The notes under the pieces were generated by a model. That model searched no databases. It was not told where the DNA came from and was given only the letters and a program-made list of their open reading frames with translations. The translations under genes and the position numbers were made by a program. Positions 49,804-62,215 of a DNA stretch of 64,000 bases are shown here, one piece after another (position 1 is the first letter of the stretch; every line of letters starts with the position of its first letter). Origin of the DNA: Lama glama (taxonomy: Eukaryota); the NCBI GenBank assembly GCA_028534125.1, contig CM052817.1:78058001-78122000 (forward strand). Reading direction: 5' to 3'.

Positions 49804-51344
49804 CTAGAAAGGCAAAGAGGCATCTAAAGAAAGTCATTTGTGTTTGACTAGACAGTGACAGAAATGTGTGCTGGTTTTGATCGTTTATCTTTAAAACAAA
49901 TAAAATCCATACAGAGTATTGAGGAAGGGATAGTTTGAGAACTTCCATAAAGAACCACTTAGGAAATTAGTCTTTTTAACTCTTAAAATCTTAGGTATAT
50001 CTAAAATCTATGCCTATTCAAGACCTAGCACATTGAATCACTTATCTTTTATTGACTACCTTTGGTGGGCTATCCAAACAATTGCCATAATTCTCTATAG
50101 TTAATGAGAAATGTAGGCTTAAAGTTCTGGATTACTTCTAATTTCAAGAAAATGATAAGACACATGCCATTCTTGGTTTGCTGTGATCCCTTCGAAGCTG
50201 AGCTCTCCAGAATGCGCACTGTTGGGGGTGGGGGTGGGAATACATCACTTGTCTTTGGGAATTAAACATTTCTCTTTGTCTGGAGTAACAAATTCAGTTT
50301 CCAAATATATTGGGCTTGTCCTAGGATCAGAATTGGCTCAGCTCTAGGGTTACAAATATTAAGTAGTATAAGATGACGAAGTACTCTTCAGTACTCTGAT
50401 CAGTTGACCTCTTTCCTAGCTTCCTTTTGTTTTATGTTGCAGACTGATCAGGGAAATGTACTTCAAGTTTTCTATCATGACTCATGGGTGCTTGATATTT
50501 CCATAGTCACATAAACAGCTGAGGAATATGGTCTTTTCTTATTCTTTGATTTGTGATTTACTTTGATTTCTGAAGATAAGAGCTTATAGAAGGAAATCTT
50601 TTAAAATAAGTAAAACAAACAAACAAAAGGGGAAAAAAGAACAACAGGCACAAAGGTTCTTTTCTTTTCTAATTCTTTGGTAGAATTCAGAAATAATTGA
50701 GGCCAGAGCTACTGTGAAAGAGCTGAGATCAGAGAATGGTTCCTGTTGGCTAAGATCCTTTAATGAGCATGTTTTCTTCTTCAGAACCTCTGTTCTTTCT
50801 CACAGCCACATACTAGACCTCTCCATGTTCTGGAGGGACAGTTTTAACTCTAGTTATTTATTTTGAGTACCTGAGACTTTAAGCTTCCTTTTTCTTCCAC
50901 TGCCACCGCAGAAGTTATGGCCCCCTGGGTGGTCCTAGAGTCCAAGTGAGTCTGCCCGAGTTACGACCCCACACACCTGGACCCTATCTGGGACTGTGTA
51001 AACTTTGGGGGACTGGAAGTAAGTGATGGGGGATATGCTGTAGGTGGATGGTGGAGAGGGAGGATAGAGAGGACAAGGAGAGGGGAGAGGCAGGCACTGC
51101 TCGTTCCCAAGTAAACACCACAACACTTGCTGGTTAAAATTTTCATTGCCCTTATATTTTAGAAGATTTAGGGTTACTAAAAAATGCTAACGCCCACTGA
51201 ATTTTCACTTTAATAGAAAAATTAAATATATGTTAACATGTTAGTTCTCATGCAGATTTCAAACTAAAAATTAGTTTCGATTCCAAATCACCAGTAAGAG
51301 TGTCTCATCTTTTATCTTTAGAAGGTAGTAATGTATCATGGGCA

Positions 51345-51480
51345 AACAATTTTTATTTAGGTGTTTAATTGACATTTGTGGGGCTTCCCATCTGCCAGGC
51401 ACTGTGCTAGGCAAGTAACAGACATTGCTCCTGCCCTCAGGAGGCTTTACATCTTGTGAACTAGATGCAGAGAATAAAAC
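51345..51480 (-). mobile_element. L2 3' end fragment
   Basis: catttgtggggcttcccatctgccaggcactgtgctaggc...ctcctgccctcaggaggctttacatct. Confidence 0.75.
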
Positions 51481-52529
51481 TGACTGGCGGAGGCTCCAAT
51501 ACACATAATATACTGAGTCCCCAGCTGCCAAGCCACATTTAAGTTAAGGAAAGAAAAGAGAAGGATGACCCGACCCATATGTGTGTCTCCTGTGAGGACT
51601 TATAATCTCACTCAGAAAGTTTTGTGAATCAAAATGTAGGCATAAGCTCATATCCTATGGTCAAAAGAGGATTAAATAATGGTTGCGTTACTGGTAATAT
51701 CACTTTCTGTATGTGGAAACTGAGACTCAGAGACGTTTCAGTGACTAGCTTAGGTCACACTAGACCCATGAAGGAAAAAGGTAGGGACCAAATAGTCCTC
51801 TCAACACATCCTCCCCTCTCTTTTATAAAATCAGTCTTGTTAGGAGTGGCAGGAGGCCCAGCATACTTAGTCCTTTCTGCAACAAGTGAAAGAAAAATCT
51901 GCAAGTCCTAAGTTTACATGTCTGTCAAAGGAAAGAATTTCAGAGACTGTTATGGAAATTGGTATTTTGGTTTCTTGGATCTAGCAAGGACATGGGGGAG
52001 CAGTGTGTGAAAGAGGTGGGAGGACAAACACGGAGCATACTGATTAATTTCATGGAGTACAGTCTTTTCTAATAAATCCCAAGATTAATGATGAACTGTG
52101 TATTGAAATAAAGGAATTGCTGCATTCCTGTTTTGTTAACTGTGAAGAATAGGCTTAGAACAACGTTTATGAAACTACAAATCATAGAAATGCTTTAAGT
52201 GCTTGTTTTTCCCTATAGAAGCTTGAATGATTGCCTACTGGACCAAGCAGCAAATCTCAGCTTACCTCTAACATTTACTGATTACTGAAGTGTAGTTAGG
52301 ACAACAAAGAAACCTGAAAATGTCTGGGAGTACCATTAAGCAGAGACTTTGCTTCAAAGCCAGGTGCTGAGTTTTCCCTGCTTTTTACGTTTCTCATTCA
52401 TAATCTCTATATTATTTCTTAAATGTTTTGTTTTATAAAGCCTATGTAGTCAGATTTTCTTTTTCTGATTTAGCTTTTTCTTTTCTTCTCTTTTTTTATA
52501 GTCTTGCCAGTAAAGAGTAGTCAACATAG

Positions 52530-52640
52530 TTGATTAAGAATGCAGAATCTCTGGTCCTACCCAGATCTACTGAATCAGTCTGCATTTTATAAGATCCCCA
52601 TTTGTTTGCAAGCACAATAAAGTTTGACAAGAATAATCTT
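52530..52640. mobile_element. MER5A-like MITE fragment
   Basis: aagaatgcagaatctctggtcctacccagatctactgaatcagtctgcattttataagatcccca. Confidence 0.85.
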
Positions 52641-53694
52641 CCAGGCCGTTAGAACGATTACATGAAGTTAGTTGTGTAAGGAAGCTAAGGCTGATTTACA
52701 AGTCTGAATATTCCTGTAAATGACTTGGTCTCTTACAGGGTCATCAAATGATTGTGGGTTGAACATCTATTCACAGAGCCCCGCCATGTACCCGGCACGG
52801 AGTGGGGAGCACAGAGTCTACAGTGTAATCGCACTGGCTGACATGCCACGTTTCATATGTATTTTGTGACTTAGTTTTTCCTCTCAAGTTTCATATGTCT
52901 CAAGTCCTGGTGGGAAGACGACTGTTTACTTTTACATTGCGCACATCACACTTCCTGTGAACACAAACAACACGTGCTAACATTGCATTAACTGAACCTA
53001 ATTTTAAGTCAGTTATTTGTTAATGGGTAGGACCTGTCAACAATCTCCCATTGAATTGAAAACAGAAAGGAAAAGACTTCAGTTATCGATGCTCTAAACT
53101 GAAGTGATTGTCCTTCCTGAGAGTGGCAGGAGCCCTGTGGGGAGGAGCGTGATGGCCATGTCCACTCACCTTACTCCGCCCGGCCCAGGCGGCATTTGTG
53201 CTGACTCCCAGGGTACGTGCACAGAGGCGTCTCTAGATTTCAGGTGGTGCTGTGTTGTGTGCCCCATTCTTCCCCGTCCATCCCTGATGTGCGTTTCCTG
53301 GCTGCAACATTCACATTCCTTCCTCTATGGAGGTTTTTCCTTTCATTGTCTTTTCAAGATCCTACCATTAATCTAACAATTTTCATTCACAGCACTGACA
53401 TGAAAAATGATGTAAAGGCTGTGTGAGAGACAGAAGACCCTCCAAACCTTGTTAGTGTCATCAAGCCTACTGTGTCTCTACACCACAATGAGAAACCAGA
53501 AGGGTAAGGGATGTCTGTCTTCATTTTCTAAGAGACGATGGAAAAATGCAGTGAATTAGTTGCATCAGATGAAGATTTTTAATATTGCCATTGGTATTGT
53601 CCTTCTTGTCTGAATGGAAACACATGGGCCAGTGTAATTTAGGTGCATTTAGAAAACCAGCTACACAAAAGATTTTCAGGTATAGATGTGGAAC

Positions 53695-53815
53695 AGAGGT
53701 TCTCAGCCCTGACTACACATTAAAATCACCTGGAGGGCTTTTGATATGCACTAATGCTGCACCCCACCTCTATATATTCTGACTTAGTTATTCTGGCACG
53801 GAAACCTGCATTGGT
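53695..53815. mobile_element. MER5A-like MITE fragment, followed by TG/TA/CA low-complexity DNA to about 53980
   Basis: cagaggttctcagccctgactacacattaaaatcacctggagggctttt. Confidence 0.8.
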
Positions 53816-55809
53816 CTCACGCAGACCTGTGTGTGTGTGTATACCTCCGTATATTTATATGCGAATATACACACATACAAATGGATGTATGTATGCATAT
53901 TTATATAATACTTCATTATTTCATATAGAGTTGTCACTCTCTCTGTCATATATCCATATCTATATACATACACATTTATACAGAAACAATGATGGCTATT
54001 TATTTGGATCAGAACTCTGAACCATTTGTGCTTAGTTTTTCATAAATATGACCATGTTTAAACTGCATGTAATTTTGGTATGTGATAACAGCTTCTAGAT
54101 TTCTGAGGTTACAAGCTACATTTTCCACAGAGGTTCTTAGTCTGGGTGTCCATAATAACAAACAGCAATTAAAAAACTCTATCAAAAGTATAGCTTTTTT
54201 GTACATAAAATAATGAAATGTACGTATATTATGCAAACCAAATTACTGACTCAGTATTCTAGTTTCCAGTGGGATTCGTGGCATCAAGACAGACAAAAAC
54301 ATCTGTTAAGAAGTTAAAATCAGTGCCATAGCAGCGACTTAATTGGTTTACTGGCTCTAGGCAGATAAAATCTGCAAAAAATATTTACAGCCATGCAACA
54401 CGAGAATCATAACCCCTTATAAGGTGATTTTTAGCCTCTGTATAGTTTAAGTTTATTATCTCACTTATTCCTAATTAAATCCTCTGAGGTCTGCCTTATT
54501 CTGATTCTACTATTGCAGCAGCTCAGGTGGTGAGAATCTGTCAGTAATCTGGGGTAACAAGCTGACTGAGTCATGATCTTCCGGCCCTGAGTTCAGTGCT
54601 CCTCACATCCCCCATGGCCCCCGCCAGCCTGAGGCTTTCTGCCCAGTCTCTACAACCAGGGACTCAAAAGTAAAGCCATGCTTCACATTTGGCGTGATGA
54701 AGTATTGTTTCTTTCAGTTTCCTATGCACCGTGAGCTGTGTTGTCCTTAACGTAAAAACCAAACACGGAGTCCTTTTCTTTGTCCTTTTTTGGGGGAATA
54801 TTACATCTGATATTGCTTAAACTGGCGAGTGATAAGGCTTAGCCGACATGCAGAAAAACGACGTCAGGGATTTTTGCTCCGGGAAACAAAGTACATATTG
54901 GCAGAAATTTAGCGTAGGGTAAAGAATAGCTTTAGTTCCTTCCATCTGCCACACTGATTTTCTTCACACTTTACCAAAATCATAAAGCAAACCCAGCTCA
55001 GAGCAGATGAAATATGAAAACAAGTGTGAAGAGAACAGGTCAAAGGGGCCTGGTGACTCAGATTAGCCACTGGCGTCTCACTTCTGGGATTTGGGACGTC
55101 TTGAAAAGTTCCTTGTTGCAATTCATAAGCCCACCAAAGATTTAAGGCCCCCTGTCAGCATTCAGAGCATCACCTGAAGGAGGCTGAGCCACGACTGAGC
55201 CTAAAAATGAAATACACCGCTGCTATTTATGCCCCTCTGGTTTACACGCTGGGGGACTGAGAGCAGATCTGCAGTCAAAGCCCTGTTACACAGCTTGTTT
55301 CCTTAAGATAATACAGTGTTTTTTCATATCATAAATTCTAGTCTTTTCTGTAAAAAAACAAAAAGATTCTTAGAAAAATATTCTATCTTCAAAGAAAATC
55401 ACAGAGGACATGGGAATTTGGTATTCTGGACTATCAATATTATCAGAATCTAGACAGATGTACCCTTTGACTAACTTATGCAATGCTAATTTATATGTAA
55501 TTATGTTAGGAATGCTTCTCTTTGAGTTCACGTCCAGAATTTTTTTCTTTAATTCAGAGAAACAACTTGGCCTGAAGTAATGTGAGTTTTCAATGACTTG
55601 CTTATGTTTCTGTAAATCTTGTTGGTATGCAAAATATATCACTGTTTGGAAATGCATAAACTTACAGAAAAATAGTTTGGGGCAGTGTTAATTGTAGATG
55701 AGTTGGATAAGAAAATATGTTAAAAGCACTTAAAAAAAGATGAAATTGGTTGGAAGTCCATGGGCTTTTTGGAAACTCCTCACCCCTCCACAGTTGTCTT
55801 TCTGTCTAG

Positions 55810-55839
55810 TGACCTCCAGCATCGTAATACTTCTAGCAG
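55810..55839 (+). other. Candidate 30-nt frame-preserving mini-exon
   Basis: Branch-like ctcac (55779-83), ttgtctttctgtctag| acceptor, consensus donor CAG|gtaagt. Confidence 0.25.
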
Positions 55840-57309
55840 GTAAGTGTTCAGGATATCTGCTTGGCTTCAAGCTTCATATAGTCCTCAGGATTGTATGCTT
55901 CTCTGTAAGTCACTGATTGTTTCATATGCTGAGTGGACAGTACTGATAAGAACATAGGTCCTTTATATTGAAGGAGTGTAAGTTACCAAGATTTGTGAGT
56001 AGAAACAGAATATGAAGAAGTCATTGAGTTGAGAAAAATGTGTATGGGCCAATAAAACTTTAAGCCTAAACAGGCAAAATAAGAAAGAGGAGACTGTAGA
56101 ATGTTAATATTTTTTCAATCACAAAAAGGAACCAAAAACATTGTGAGAATTTAATTAAAGTCTCAGTAGTGACAATACATATGTACAACATATATACATA
56201 TGGTTGTACTGCAAATAAGATGCCCACTTTTATGCTTATGAAATTGCCATGGCAATAAAACATGCAAGTGAAAGGAAGACTAACTGGAGTAACTGGAAAG
56301 AATAATTGATTAGCTCCATTTGGAGGAAGGCCTGGGAAGAAGATGAGAAGGATTGGTGCCATAGAAAAAGGATTAGGTCATATTGTCTTGGGCTCATGTG
56401 CTAGAGAAACATCTAGGTAAGACACTTACAAACTCTTCTTCCTGTTACCTTGGTCAAAGTCAATGTAAGTAGTAAACCACGTGCTTTCATTTCCTCATGG
56501 TCTCACGTGTTTCAAAAATTCATATCACTGAAGAAACTGGGGGAAAGACTGAAACGCATTCTCCTGGCTTAGGCATTGGAAAATAATGGTTGCTTGCTAA
56601 TTAAAGTTTGCTCTTCCCTGATGCTGTGGACCTTATAGTGACTTATTTAGAGGGGACAGTGTTAATAGAAGAAGAGGGCGACACAGTGAACCTAATTTGT
56701 TTAAAGTAATTCATGTAAACATAGTAGTATATTCTACATGAAATAGTGTTCTAAAAGCTCTATGTTGAAAGAGTGGTGTGGTATAGGAGACTAGGTGCAG
56801 GACACATTTTCCTCAGTTTCACCTATTTTGAACATACAGTTTGTAAGTTTCACTGTGTTAATCTATAACTTTAAGTCATACTCATTTTAGAACTTACATA
56901 GGATGAAAAGGTTTAAATGTATGTAATTATTAGATAGTTATAACTCTGATTTTATTCCCATCTGTTGCAGATCTGGGTCTGTATTGTCTGTGTATTAGCA
57001 ACCCAGTAGGGAAGGGCCTGATTATAATAATGAAACTTGCCCATCACTACAACTCAGTAGACTCTTAATAGATCACTTTGAGTATAAAGTTCTTATAACA
57101 TAGGTATCAGGAATGCCATCTTATACAATATTAGGAAAGACCAAACTGCCGTGTTCTTTATTGTCCTCACCAGAAGGACCCATTCTTTCTTACCCTTTTT
57201 GTAGCCATAACTTCTAGACTTTTTGTGTCACAGTTCAATCAAAGTGACTGTAAGAAAAGGCATTTTTTTAAACATGGGTACTTCTAAGTATTTTTGACAT
57301 CTAAAAAAT

Positions 57310-57795
57310 GTTTAATTGTGGTAAAATTCATATAATATAAAGATTTCCATCTTACCATTTTAAGTGTACCGTTCAGTTGTGTTAAGCATATTCATTTTGT
57401 TGAACAGTCAATCTCTAGAACTTTTAAATCTTGCAAAGCTGAAACTAACCCCATTAAACAACTCACATTTCCCCCTCACCCCCAGCCCCTGGCAAACCAC
57501 CTCTACTTTCTGTTTCTGTGAATTTGACTCTTCTAGATTCTTCCTAAAAGGGGAAACATAACAGTATTTGACTTCTTATGACTGGCTTACTTCACTTGCC
57601 ATAATGTCATTAAGATTCANNNNNNNNNNNNNNNNNNNNNNNNNNNNNNNNNNNNNNNNNNNNNNNNNNNNNNNNNNNNNNNNNNNNNNNNNNNNNNNNN
57701 NNNNNNNNNNNNNNNNNNNNNNNNNNNNNNNNNNNNNNNNNNNNNNNNNNNNNNNNATGATGTTCTAAACATAGATGTGCAAATATCTCTGATAT
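57310..57795 (-). mobile_element. L1MB-type 3' end (spans N gap)
   Basis: taattgtggtaaaattcatataatataaa...ccattaaacaactcacatttccccctcacccccagcccctggcaaaccac. Confidence 0.9.
57620..57756. other. Assembly gap (137 N)
   Basis: run of N. Confidence 1.
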
Positions 57796-58179
57796 TTTAA
57801 TATCAAATATCAATATAAGCAGTAATACCAATATAAGCATCTTTTTAATACCTTAGTCACCAAGACAAAAGATTATTTCTACTTTAACTGAAGTCACTAA
57901 TCATCAGTCTAAAAATTCAGGTTTCAAAGATTAAGTTTGTGAATTGCTTTAGTTATTTTATGCTTTCTATCTCCATCAGCCATTTGAAACAACACAGCTA
58001 GCCCCATCTTCCTGTCCCTTTCCATTGTCCATTCCTTCCTCCCGTGATACAGAGATGCTGGTGTTTGGAAGTGGGGCAGAGGAGGCAGTGTGGGTGGTTA
58101 AGAAACTGGTCACACTGAGCAAAGTTAATTGAGCAAATTATTAAAAATTATGGGACCCAGATTTTTCACTGTCTTGGAA

Positions 58180-59440
58180 GGGAATTAAAAATACGGAAAG
58201 GGAAAAAGCTAAAAATAACCCTAAGATAGTGAATATTGGTTTAGAAATGGAAATATCAGTATAAATATGTGTGTCTATGTATACACACATATACATGTAT
58301 AAATGCATACAAAGAAGTAGTTTTAGATGTGTATGTATTCATATATATGTATAAATATGTATGTATATGTGTGTATGCATGTGTGTGTTTGGTAGCCTAG
58401 AAAGAATGACACCCAGGAGCAATGAATACACTGAGCATCCAAATCTTAGTTTCTAAATACTATTTTTCACTAAAAGCGGTCAAGGATTTTTTAATAAATA
58501 GCTGGCACCGGGGCTGGATCAGGGAATGTATATAAATACCCTGAAACAGTTCATGCCAGAAAGTAAGGAAATGCTTATAAAGTGATGAGGACATATCATA
58601 TAGACACAGAAGACAACCTGAATGGGCCCCCACTGGGCAATCTAGGATAATTTGGTCTCAAAATAAATGATTATTGAACTGTAAATCATTGAATAAAATA
58701 GAAATCCTTGACACCCTACATATCTAAAGAAATACATAAGAGAGAATGAAAAGCTTTTTGTCACAATGAGATGCCAGCTAATCACTGTGGAAGGAATAAC
58801 TGAAATAGATAACCTCCATTTGGATATTGTCAGAGTAGTAGTTGATATTTAGGAGTCATCAGTAGATGGTAAAGGATAGAGGTTTGCTGAGGATATTCGT
58901 ATAATATAAGAGTATTTCTCCACAATATACTAATCGAATAAAAAGGCAAAGAAGTGACTTACAGTGGAGAAACCTGATAGGCACAAACTACTAAATGACT
59001 GGGGCAAACTCACCAACTGTGGGACAGAATCACAGCAGTGTGCTTCCGGACACGACCCACTAAGCCACGTGCAGCAGCATGTCTGTGGACTTCCTGTCAG
59101 TAATGCAAGAGTTAGGACTGATTACGAGGAGGTCAGATGACCAGGTTGAGCAGATCGAGGTCATCCTACAGAATGGAGTCTGTACTCTTTAACAGCAACT
59201 GGCCCTTGAAAGACAGGGAAATATTTAGGAACTCTTCTAGATTGAGGGAGCCTAGTGTGACATGGCAGCTACATGCAATCCACATTCTTAAACAGATCCT
59301 TGATCAGGTGGAAGAAGGCATTACTGGGGCAGTTGATGACATTTGAAATACGTCTGTGAATTGGATGGAAGAGCTGTATCAATGAGGCTTCCCTGATTGG
59401 GGGGATTGGATGGTGGTAATAGGAGAAGGTTCTCCTTATT
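58180..59440 (+). mobile_element. L1MC/L1MD-type long 3' UTR with internal (TA/TG) low-complexity tract
   Basis: gagcaatgaatacactgagcatccaaatcttagtttctaaatac...ccagaaagtaaggaaatgct...ttacagtggagaaacctg. Confidence 0.82.
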
Positions 59441-59648
59441 CAGGAGCCATTATCAGGATTTCCTGGATTTGAATTCTGACTGAAATCTTTCATGCCAGTA
59501 TAATGTTGTGCATGTTTAATAATCTTTCTTAAGTCTCAACTTTCCTATCTGAAGAATTCAGATAGCAGAGTTATTGTGGAGATTAAATGAGATAATGCAC
59601 TTAAGGCTCTCAGCAGGCTATACATACAGCCAACTATATTTGGCTAGC
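59440..59648 (+). mobile_element. MIR
   Basis: cctggatttgaattctgact...gtctcaactttcctatctg...gattaaatgagataatgcacttaaggctctcagca. Confidence 0.8.
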
Positions 59649-61573
59649 GTCTTGATTCTTATTCTCTTGCCCTTAATTCTCAAGACATTTGTCCCTTTCT
59701 CCATCTAGACTCTGTGCTTTCCTCGGGCCAAGTGGTCCTTTCAGTTGTCTTTTTATATGCCTCACGTCTCACAAGGTCTGGCACACAGTGGGGGCTCATC
59801 CATCTTATCAAAGTACAATGTCTGATCACCAACAGATATGTTCCCCTGGAGAGAGCTGACGGGCCATGATGTGTTTGCAGAGTATGAATGCAGAATTACA
59901 CTGGACATTGTTTGAATTTTTGTCTTAAATCTTGGTCCATTTAGAATCATAAGGGAAATCATAGAAGAATAAGATTTTCTGTTTGCCGTCTACTGCCTGC
60001 CTTTCAGATCCCTGCCAAAAAATGAAACATGGGCAGCCTTTCCTGAAAAAGTTTGGCACTTTTGCCTCTGGTGTGGCTGGAAACCATCAGTGGAAAATAC
60101 TCTTTTAAAAAATCTCCTATGCACTTTGTTTAAAGACATACGTTTTAGTTTAGAGGAAAGAATAAGAAGAGAAAAAAAAATGTGTGGCATCAGATGAGTT
60201 CTAGGTCACCTGAATCCTATTCTAATAACAAATTACTTCAGTGTGAAAGAAGCAGCCAGAAAATAAATCTCAGTTTAGTTGGATTTACTTGGAAGTTCAA
60301 AATGGAAATAAAGTAAGCTAATGGAAGAGTAACCGCCTCCGCCCTGCATTTGCACTCTGTTCCTGAGGAATGGACGAAAGGAACAGACACAAAACTAGCC
60401 AAGTTACCCCTTTATGATTTAGACCACAGGGCTTTTTCAACCCCCTCTTTTTAGTAGGCCTCATCTGTGGTTTGTGATTCAAATGATCTTAATTTAAATA
60501 AAACTATAATAAGCAATTTGATGTTATCTGAATTTCTTGAATACATAAGAATTGAGCTACATTAAAAACATTTTAATCCTAGGACATCACTCCTAATGTC
60601 AGAACTGCTCTGCATAAAAATAAACAAGATTTTGGAGCAGTGGATTGTTTGGTGCTTCAGTTGCTTTGCATCCTTGAGGGAAACCTATTCTGAATAAGAT
60701 AAGCACAAAGGGGTTTTCATACAAACCCTCAACTTGAAATAAACCACTTCACCACCCACTGGCCAAAAGCAGATTACAAATGCTGGCACACTGAGTATTC
60801 ATAGCATCTCTTCCTGCTATCATGCAGATATGTTAGTTCTAACTGCTTTTAAATGAGAAAAAGAAGTCTCAAAAACAGTTGAGGTTAAGATTAAACTGAA
60901 AAAAAATTTCTCTGGAAGAGATTGCAGTTTTGAGGACTCTCTAGATTAATTTAATTCTGCATGTATTTAGCATACTCACATATTCTCTATTTTGTAGGGT
61001 TTGGAGGGGAGAGGGAGATGTAGAGAGAAAGCTACATCTTAATTTTTGCATTCTAATATCCTTCAAGTAGCGAATTTACTTTTTATTGATTAATATACGT
61101 AGAGTGTGTGTAGAATATCACTTGATATCTGAGGTGCGTTTTTAGTACTCTCTCAGGAGCCTACGTGGGTTATTTAGCAAAGAGGAATGAACACTTGGCT
61201 AAGAATTAAGAAACTTGTGTACTAGTGCCAGCTTGGTCTCTGATGCACTTTGTGGGACTCAGTCCCTAGACCTCCTTAGGGAATCTCAAGTCCCTTCTCT
61301 AAGGAAAGGCAGTAAGCCCAGGTAGTCCGTCAAGACCCACTGCCATGCAGAATTTTAATATTCAATCTCTAAAGATTCATGTGTATCATTTCTTGTTTTA
61401 AGTTTTCAGGGATACAGGATATATTTTGGTGTATTTCCTTATTCTTTTATTATGGAACTTAGCATATTCTTTTGTAGTAGTTTAGTGTGGGTCTGCTCAG
61501 ACAAACTGGGAGCACCTTGAAAACAAAGACGATATCCTTTCTACACTTGGATCCTTACAGACTGCACAGGTAA

Positions 61574-62215
61574 GCATCATGGTAGACACAGCTCAAATTT
61601 TGAAGTCAGATTTGGGTTTGAGTCCTAACATTACTAATCTGGCATGGTTACAGAAGACACACTCCAAAAGTTTAACAACTGGACAATTTATAGACATGTG
61701 GGTAGAATCAAGGGGACCAGAAGATTCTGGGGAAACCATTACTATCCATCAGGAGACCATTACTATCCTTAGACCAGAAGAAAGAAGAAAGAAAGTGAGT
61801 GGTTTTCCCAGAACCCTGGGAGAAATCAGGGCCCTGGGGAAGGGGCTGCCAGCAGGACCTGGAGTTGTAAAGAAGTGCAGCAATGGTCACAACCATTGTG
61901 AGGCAAGGGAGAGCAGAGGGAATGAATATGCGCACAGTTTCTCTTCCCATCCTTTGATCTGCTGGTACCTTCCATTGGCTAAACCCAACCAGAAGCCAGA
62001 CGGCAAAGGAATCTGGGTGGTGGAATCTGTAGAAGTTAGAGTCTCAGGGCACAGGACAAAGCAGAGAAAGATAGAGAAGAGGTCTGTGTGGAAAATGGAG
62101 TATAACAGCCTCCTAGCCATCAAATCATGAAGACATTTATAAATTACTGAGCCTACGTTTACAGTAAAACATTGATGCTAATATCCCTCAAGGCAGTATG
62201 ATAATTAAAGAGAAG
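61574..62215 (+). mobile_element. MIR split by an LTR (MIR parts about 61574-61640 and 62113-62215)
   Basis: Head ttttgaagtcagatttgggtttgagtcctaacattactaa; resumes tagcc...ctgagcctacgtttacagtaaaa...ctaatatccctcaagg...attaaagaga. Confidence 0.65.
61640..62112 (-). mobile_element. Ancient ERVL LTR, LTR33/LTR41-like
   Basis: ccttccattggctaaacccaaccagaagccagacggcaaagga...cagggcacaggacaaagcagagaaag is the antisense of the LTR33/41 5' region. Confidence 0.75.

Noticed and set aside
58209-58222. MEF2 site CTAAAAATAACCCT resembling the muscle creatine kinase enhancer site
   Set aside because: Lies in an A-rich L1MC/MD 3' UTR remnant with no supporting motifs
59760-59860. Minus-strand exon-like unit (ctctctccag ... 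gtgagg)
   Set aside because: Weak donor context; body resembles an L2/MIR tail
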